DNA of 64,000 nucleotides from Octopus vulgaris. Lineage: Eukaryota. Each line of letters begins with the position of its first letter. Position 1 is the first letter of the stretch. The stretch is taken from assembly GCA_951406725.2 (NCBI GenBank), contig CATOCA020000001.1, positions 2,728,001 to 2,792,000 of the forward strand, read 5' to 3'. This document shows, piece after piece, positions 56,125 to 64,000 of the stretch. The translations under genes were made by a program, and so were the position numbers. The notes below the pieces were generated by a model. That model did not search any database. It was not told the DNA's origin and saw only the letters and a program-made list of their open reading frames with translations.

Positions 56125-57769
56125 TAATATATTATTCAACAAAAAGATGTTTTCCTGATTTTCTTATTTTTAAAAACTGTTTTGATATTAATGGGGTTTG
56201 ATAGGTCTAGTTTACAAATCTTTGATACTATTTCAGCATGTCACAGAGAGAATCTGTTCCAGATATTTTGTTGTAATTTCGATGAAGAGCAGCTGTTCTA
56301 AATGTTCAGTGGCAACACAGAAGAACTTGGTAAGGACAACCACAGATCTTCATTGTAGATTTCGACAAGATCGATATAAGCTGTGTGGGTAGAATTAGTA
56401 GAGACTGCATGGAATCAGGCATTGTATTGGCCACCTGTCTGAAATATGTTTACAACAACATTAAGTTCATTTACGGATGCACGCACACAAACACACACAC
56501 ACATCCGCAAACATACATACACAGGCATACAAACACACACCGACACATATATACACAGTGTTTGTTCTAAAGAGGATTAAATTTGATTCGTTTGTGTAAG
56601 AAACTATGGTCAGGCTATTAGAGAAACCCAACTTAGAATCTCAGACGTTCCCACCGATCATAATGGGTCTCGATTAAAAAATGCGTGTGTGTGTGTGTGT
56701 GTACATACATATATACATATGTACAAGTACACACATCGCCCATGCCATTCTCTTTGTCATCATTTAACGTCTACTTTTCCATGCTCGCATGGGTCAGACA
56801 GAATTTATTGAGGCAGATTTTCTATAGCTGGACGCAATTGCTGCTTCCAACTCTCACCTGTTACCAAGCACAGCAATATTTTCCGACGGCCGGACATCAC
56901 TTGTATTGATGGTAAGGCCGTTTTTAGTCATCACATGATATCAAGTACACACATGATGAGCTTCTTTCAGTTTACGTTTACTAAATCCACATACAAATCC
57001 TTTGGTTAACCTTTGGCCTAAAGGAGAAGATAATAGCCCAAGTAACCGTGGAGTGGGACTGAACTCGCGACCACATACTTAGGAAGAAAGCTTTTGAACC
57101 ACACAACCATGGGTAATTAATCTTCTTAAGGTCATCATTTACTGTTTCGAAACCAATTCTATGCCCTATAGCTGAAATCCCTTTTTTCACAAAACTGAAT
57201 CGCTTCAAATTGGTTGAAAAGGGTCAGTGCTCCGATACATTTCAAAATATTAAACTTCATTCAGAGAATTAGCGTAGATGAGATGCCGCTTTTGTTTTAT
57301 GCCAAGGAGAAATACTACTGAGGCTCAGTTTCAAGCAAGGCAAGAACAGGGATTGGTTGGACAGAGCTCTCTGACCTACTGTCCGTAACATCCCACCTAC
57401 ACCAGTCTGAAAGAGAGAAGCTGGACATTCCTAGGATGATGTTGATGACTATGATGATGGTGAAGAAAGAATTGGTTGAGTAATATAGGAAATCTTCATC
57501 TTTCAAGTTGGTATGACATTGTGTTTGAATGACCCTCCAACTTTTTGCTGAATAACGATTATAGAAACAGGTTTCTATATAAGGGAGTTATGCTGAGCTG
57601 GGGGGGTCACCAGTTTCCCTGTACACTGAGTTCATCAGGGAATCAAGGAAATTAAAGCCGGTCCTGACTGCCTTGGGGCTGTATTTGTTCAACATCTATT
57701 TGTATCATTGGAAGTATAAGATGAGAATGTAGTCTTTACGTGTAGCAGATGTCCAGGTTCTTTAAACAC

Positions 57770-58385
57770 TAGGAACGTACAAAAAGATAAACTCCCTCAA
57801 AAGTCAGGAGGACCCTTAGAAGTAGCAGACTGTTTGCTTAGGTGGCCAAGTTAAATGTTGTGGAGTGAGGTTGTTCCAAAGGCATAACTGCTTGAATAAG
57901 AATAGGCTGGGCAAAGTTCTGAGAGCTACTACATCTGTTAGTACCGATAGGTCACTCCCTCTGAGTGAAATGCAGATTGTATGATGCCTATGTACGAACA
58001 GCTGCGTTACATGATTGTGAAACATTGGCTGGGACTAGTGAAGATATGCGAAGGCTTGAAACAAATAAAGCCAGTATGCTCCGCTGGATGAGTAATATCA
58101 GTGAGCGTATACAACAGTTTGTAAGTGATTTGAGAGAAGGACTGTGTATACGAGGCATTAGATCTAGTGTGCAAGAGAGAAGACTGCGCTGGTATGATCA
58201 TGTAATGAGTATGAATGAAAACTATCTCATCAAGAGGTGCTGATCTCTAATTGTGAAGGAAACACTGTGGAAGGAGTAGGCCCAAGAAAACGTGGGACGA
58301 AATGGGGAGAAAGGATCTTCAGACGTTGGGTCTCACAGAAGGGATGACAAGGACCGAGACACAGGACGGTTTGCTATGCTTGAGA
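57770..58385 (+). mobile_element. RTE-type LINE 3' fragment, decayed
   Basis: RLYDAYVRTAALHDCET...MRRLE...MLRWM...VQERRLRWYDHVM, then GRPKKTW-like. Confidence 0.82.
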
Positions 58386-59089
58386 AAAGACGTCAGGCGA
58401 AGTAAAATCGTGGTTGATCTTGCATATAGGCATGTCCCCTGCATCTCTTTTAAGCTGAGCGTACCTAATCTTGTGCGCTCGTGGAGGCTGGTGCAATGTA
58501 ACATTCAGCCTCACTGGTGCCACATCAACACAATCAGAACACTCTATAAACTGGCTGACGTTAGAAATGGTATCCAGACGTTAGAAAAAGGATCCACTTA
58601 AGCGGTGATCTGCTGTCATTCCGCTTACCATCGCTGTCCGATGATATAAAAAACAAACAATCTTGCGGGTACCCTTTCATTGGACGAGGTGAAAACCATC
58701 GTTAGTTTACGATTAGTGATATTGTTCAGAGAGACTTGCTTTAGAGAACAGCTACAACAATGCGCTGTGTCTTTCGAAAGACATGAACCAGCATCCGAGG
58801 TGTAGTGTAGCTCGGTGTAAAGAACTTAGAAGTATCCGACGACATCAGCGACACGAATCACTCGGCAAATGATCAAAACTGAACGGTGCCGGCAAAGATG
58901 GATCCCACCACCAAAATATACATCCTCTCGTTTCATGACGTCAGCATGTGTGTCTATCTGTCTAAGTCTCCCTGGAAGTTGAACCGAAACTAGGGCCGTT
59001 TCACCGCCTTTCTCCAGTCAGTTTCTGACTGCTAGCTTTGTTCGGTGTGTCCGTCTTATAGCTTTGTTGTCATGTTTCCCAAATGACGC

Positions 59090-59850
59090 TAGACGAAAAG
59101 AGAAAACCGCGACTTACGAGGAAAGAAAAGAGAGAGAGAAAGAGAAAGAAAGAGAGATAGAAAGGTAGAGAAAAAAGAGTGCGAAAAGGAAAACTGAAAG
59201 AGTGAAAGAAAGAAAGAAAAACACAGAAACAAAGGAAGAAAGAAAGAAAGAGGAAAGAATAGTAGAAAGAAGAAAAGAAAGGAAGGAGGAAATGAGGAAG
59301 GAAATAAAACAAGGAAAGAAGAGAAAGAAAGAAGGAAATAAAGAAAGAGTGGAAAAAAGAAAGGAAGAATAAACAAACGGCGAAGTTATTTTGCGAAGGA
59401 GAAAATAAGATTGATAACAAATGAGACAGAGAATGAAAGAAAGAAAGAGATAAGAAAGAAAGACAGGAAGAAAGAAAGAAGGAAGAAAGTAGAGAAGGAA
59501 AGAAGGAAAGAAAGAAAGAAAGGAGGAGATAAGAAAGAAGGAAATAAAGAAAAACTGACAGAAAGACAGAAAGAAGGAAGAAAGAACAAAAGAAACAGAG
59601 ATAGAAAGATAGAAGATGGAAAATAGAAAAAAAGAAAGAAAGAAGGAAGGAAAGAAGGACTGAAAAAAAGGCAGATAAACTGAAAGAAGAAAGAATGGAA
59701 GAAAGAAAGCAAGTTATATTGAAAGATAGAAGGAAGAAAACAGAAAAAAAGAATGAATGAATAAAAGAAAAAAAGGAAGGAAAAAAGGAATGAACGAGAT
59801 TGAAAGAAATAGGACGTGATAATGGAATAAAGAGAAGGATGAGAGGGAAG
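59090..59850. repeat. Purine-rich (AAAG/GAAG) low-complexity tract
   Basis: Directly visible; gives spurious F/S/L-rich minus-strand ORFs. Confidence 0.92.
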
Positions 59851-60419
59851 AGATTATCCCAGACGGGGCAAAGATAATTCCTCTTCTTACACCCCGTTCT
59901 TCTTTTCAACTGAATTACTTTCGGTTGGGTTAAATCGAATCTGTGTCTCTGCGAAGACTTCAGAAAACTGCCAAATATGATTGAATGGAAATAAGAGATC
60001 GAACTGATTATAAAAGGCAAATAAGTTTAGCGAAGAGGAAACTATTGTTTTATTTAAATCTTATATTTTTTACTGGTTTCAGTAATTCGACTGCGGCCAT
60101 GCTGGGGCACCGTTTTGATGAATTTTAATCGCATGAATTACCCCTCTAGATTTTTCTTTTATAATTATGCATACTACTTCTAGTAACGGTGTCTTTTGCC
60201 AAACGGCTATACCACAAGGACGTAAACAAAGAAACACTGGTTGTCAAGCGGGGTGGCTTCTCGAACGCAAACACAAAGACACGCGCACAAACATACAAGC
60301 ACAAACACATAAGTATGTATGTATATATGTATACGACGGGCTTTTTTCCGTTTCCATCTACCAAATACACTCACGATATTCTGATGGGGCAGAGGTTATA
60401 GTAGAAGGGCATCTTTTGA

Positions 60420-61700
60420 AGCTGTTTATTTAATTGCAAGAGATAAAAGAAACCCCAAACAACATCGGCGAAGAACTTGTATTAGCAGCAGCAATGAAAA
60501 CATCTGGAATTATTCATTGAAATAACATGCAGATGAATCAAAGTTCGACTGCGAAATGATAATGTTGGTATTTGTATTTCAGAAATGAATAATGATTAAT
60601 TGGAGTAAATTATGCGAAGGTTTTTAAACAACGTCTCTAAACATGCAATTCAATTAGATGAAGCAAGTAAAATTACAAACTATAGTAATATAGAATAGGG
60701 TCCAGGAAGATTGGTTCGTTAGAAGGGGACTTTGTAGCTAAAAGTAGATGAAAGGCGCAGGAGTGGCTGTGTGGTAAGTAGCTTGCTTACCAACCACATG
60801 GTTCTGGGTTCAGTCCCACTGCGTGGCATCTTGGGCAAGTGTCTTCTGCTATAGCCCCGGGCCGACCAATGCCTTGTGAGTGGATTAGGTAGACGCAAAC
60901 TGAAAGAAGCCTGTTGTATATATGTATATATATATATATGTGTGTGTATATGTTTGTGTGTCTGTGTTTGTCCTCCTAGCATTGCTTGACAACCGATGGT
61001 GGTGTGTTTATGTCCCCGTCACTTAGCGGTTCGGCAAAAGAGACCGATAGAATAAGTACTGGGCTTACAGAAGAATAAGTCCCGGGGTCGAGTTCCTCGA
61101 TTAAAGGCGGTGCTCCAGCATGGCCGCAGTCAAATGACTGAAACAAGTAAAAGAGTAAAAGAGGGATAGAACTATGCCTTGGATGGTATAAATGTAATGT
61201 AGTATGTAATAAAGATGCAGAAGCTATGATAAGGAGGGAAATTGGGGTTCAAGTTAAATTTGTAAGATAAAAACCCTATTTCTGTCACTTATTGCAATCT
61301 TCACTGAGAGGTGTTTGTTTCTCACAAAATATTTCCAGATACTTTTGCAATATTACAAGAAGCGGTTAAAATTATTAACGTTATTAAAATTCTTGTTCTC
61401 AATAGTTTCCTCTTCTGTGAGAAAATGGCATCCAATTTCAGCAAAGTTTTATGAAGAACAGAAGTGTGATGAATCTGAAATGGAGAAGCTTTGAAACAAT
61501 TGTTAGAACTTTAAGAAAATGAAGACATAATATTCCTGCTGGGATTAAATTCAGATTTGTTCCACAATGAAGATTCGTTATACAAATTATTCTATTTGTC
61601 AGACATTTTTGGACAACTTAATAAACGTAATATGTCTGTACAAAAGGGAAAAAACACTGAAATTTATTTAAATAAAAGATTCAAGCTTTCATTTAAGAAA
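60420..61700 (+). mobile_element. Decayed hAT (Buster/Charlie-like) transposase remnant, interrupted by a SINE
   Basis: AVYLIARDK (60421), AIQLDEAS (~60645), TYCNLH*EV (~61287), LQEAVKIINVIK, YLSDIFGQLNKRNMSVQ (~61593). Confidence 0.65.
60753..61163 (+). mobile_element. Full-length solitary SINE family 1
   Basis: Complete head, TA/TG middle and gagtaaaa tail. Confidence 0.9.
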
Positions 61701-62512
61701 AATGAAACACATGGTTGATCGTAAAGACAGATGCCACTTCCCCGCAGCTGAATTTCGTCGAGATACCTGTGCATCTGTCTCAATCTTCCACCACCGACCA
61801 GATATTTCTACCGTCGACCTACACGCTGTTAACAATGGGAACCGGCTTCTTACACATTTTAAGCCGTTGATGCTTCAAGGAGTCGAGGCTTAGGGTACAT
61901 GTCAGCTGCAGATGGACGGCTACTTTCTCTGTCATTGTCGGTCTTAGGTCAGGTGAGGATGATTCTGATGGTTGGGTAGGGCTGCAACATAACCCTCAGA
62001 GAGAAAGAAAGAAAAAAGAATTAGAGAAAGAGAGAGAGTGAGAGAGAGAGAAATGTTAGTGAGCAAAAGAGACGACACAGATGGTGCTTGGATTTGACAG
62101 GAAATGTCCCACCGACACGCACAGATGCGGGAGAGGACATCCGAGAAGCTTTCCGACTGGAACAGCGATTTCCAGCAGAAGACCCCTGTTGGAAAGGCAG
62201 CCATTCTCACAGATGTGTGCGACGCACCGAATTTGTTTCCTCATAACTCCCCGCCAAACGGACATATTTAATTAAATTTTCTGTTAATACGCTTCAGATG
62301 GTGATCATTCTGATTATATCGGAATTTGTAGCGAAACAAATTTGTCTGTCGGCGGAAAGATGAGTTTCGTAAAATTCACACGAATTGTCTGTGTTTGCTC
62401 AGAACTTTAACAAAAATGGGTTATTTTCTAATGTAATTTTCTGCAAATAAGTTACAGTGTGTGTAAAATGCGATTATATTAGAATTTAATGTGGAAAGAA
62501 AATCTAATGAGT

Positions 62513-62597
62513 ACACACACACACACATTCACACACACACACATTAACACACACACACACACATTCACACACACACACACGCACGCACGCACACACA

Positions 62598-62649
<52 letters not shown>
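62513..62649. repeat. (CA)n microsatellite
   Basis: Directly visible. Confidence 0.95.
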
Positions 62650-62651
<2 letters not shown>

Positions 62652-62761
62652 GATGCATATCACAATTATCCTTGAAATTTCAAGTTTCCTTTTGTCAATA
62701 TGTGACCTGTTGTAATATGTATGTGTAATAATCCACCAAATTAATTTTCTCTTATTCATTT

Positions 62762-64000
62762 CCGATATAATTTTTCACGCTGAGAGTTGCTGAAGCATGG
62801 AACAAACTGCCGGCATCAGTTGTTAGTTGTCGGAGCACTGCATCCTTCAAAACTTTCATGCTTTCTGAGATTCGCCAACACTACACCTGATTTTCTCCCC
62901 TCCATACACACGCAAGCATGGAACAAACTGCCGGCATCAGTTGTTAGTTGTCGGAGCACTGCATCCTTCAAAACTTCCATGCTTCCTGAGATTCGCCAAC
63001 ACTACACCTGATTTCCTCCCTCCATACACACGCAAGCATGGAACAAACTGCCGGCATCAGTTGTTAATTGTCTGAGCACTGCATCCTTCAAAACTTCCAT
63101 TCTTCCTGAGATTCACCAACACTACACCTGATTTCCTCCCCTCCATACACACGCAAGCATGGAACAAACTGCCGGCATCAGTTGTTAGTGGTTGCAGCAC
63201 TGCATCCTTCAAAACTTTCATGCTTTCTGAGATTCGCCAACACTACACCTGATTTCCTCCCCTCCATACACACGCAAGCATGGAACAAACAGCCGGCATC
63301 AGTTGTTAGTTGTCGGAGCACTGCATCCTTCAAAACTTCCATGCTTCCTGAGATTCGCCAACACTACACCTGATTTCCTTCCCTCCATACACACGCAAGC
63401 ATGGAACAAACTGCCGGCATCAGTTGTTAGTTGTCGGAGCACTGCATCCTTCAAAACCTTCATGCTTCCTGAGATTCGCCAACACTACACCTGATTTCCT
63501 CCCCTCCATACACACGCAAGCATGGAACAAACTGCCGGCATCAGTTGTTAATTGTCTGAGCCTCGGAGCACTGCATCCTTCAAAACTTCCATGCTTTCTG
63601 AGATTCGCCAACACTACACCTGATTTCCTCCCCTCCATACACACCAAGCATGGAACAAACTGCCGCATCAGCATCAGTTGTTATTGTCGGTTAGCACACT
63701 GCATCCTTCAAAACTTCCATGCTTCCTGAGATTCGCCAACACTACACCTGATTTCTCCCCTCCATACACACCAAGCATGGAACAAACTGCCGGCATCAGT
63801 TGTTATTGTCTGAGCACTGCATCCTTCAAAACTTCCATGCTTCCTGAGATTCGCCAACACTACACCTGATTTCCTCCCCTCCATACACACCAAGCATGGA
63901 ACAAACTGCCGGCATCAGTTGTTAATTGTCTGAGCACTGCATCCTTCAAAACTTCCATGCTTCTGAGATTCCCAACACTACACCTGATTTCCTCCCTCCA
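62762..64000 (+). repeat. ~121-bp tandem satellite (~10 copies, runs off the window) derived from a CR1-type LINE ORF2 C-terminus
   Basis: aagcatggaacaaactgccggc at 62793, 62914, 63034, 63155, 63276, 63397, 63518...; encodes AWNKLPASVVSCRSTASFKTSMLPEIRQHYT*; the first copy is preceded by an F-TLRVAE lead-in. Confidence 0.88.

Noticed and set aside
59070-60020. 316-aa hydrophobic F/S/L-rich ORF resembling a membrane protein
   Set aside because: Antisense translation of a purine-rich low-complexity tract

Overview
Repeat-rich eukaryotic DNA, most likely an octopus/cephalopod judging by the tRNA-derived SINE families (inference). A 100-N scaffold gap (31783-31882) splits the window. LEFT: three in-frame + strand exons of a doublecortin-like (DCLK/CaMK-group) kinase C-lobe (17943-18020, 23836-23932, 27024-27083). 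The third is broken mid-exon by a GA repeat. The introns hold head-to-tail arrays of SINE 5' halves spaced by (TA)n, (TACA)n tracts, a 198-bp-arm hairpin and a hammerhead-ribozyme motif. Positions 1-~10000 are two inverted copies of that locus, one clean with SNPs and one garbled, probably assembly artefacts. A frameshifted CR1/L2-type LINE is flanked by a 219-bp direct repeat. RIGHT: a + strand gene whose 4.8-kb last exon encodes about six tandem NHL/TRIM-type beta-propeller modules. It is preceded by an array of duplicated phase-1 microexons, several carrying a dynein-light-chain (LC8)-type xVQT motif and some decayed. This is the most interesting candidate system. The rest is Penelope, HERO/R2-like, RTE and hAT remnants plus a 121-bp satellite made from a CR1 ORF2 C-terminus. 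All calls are from reading the sequence; no searches were run.
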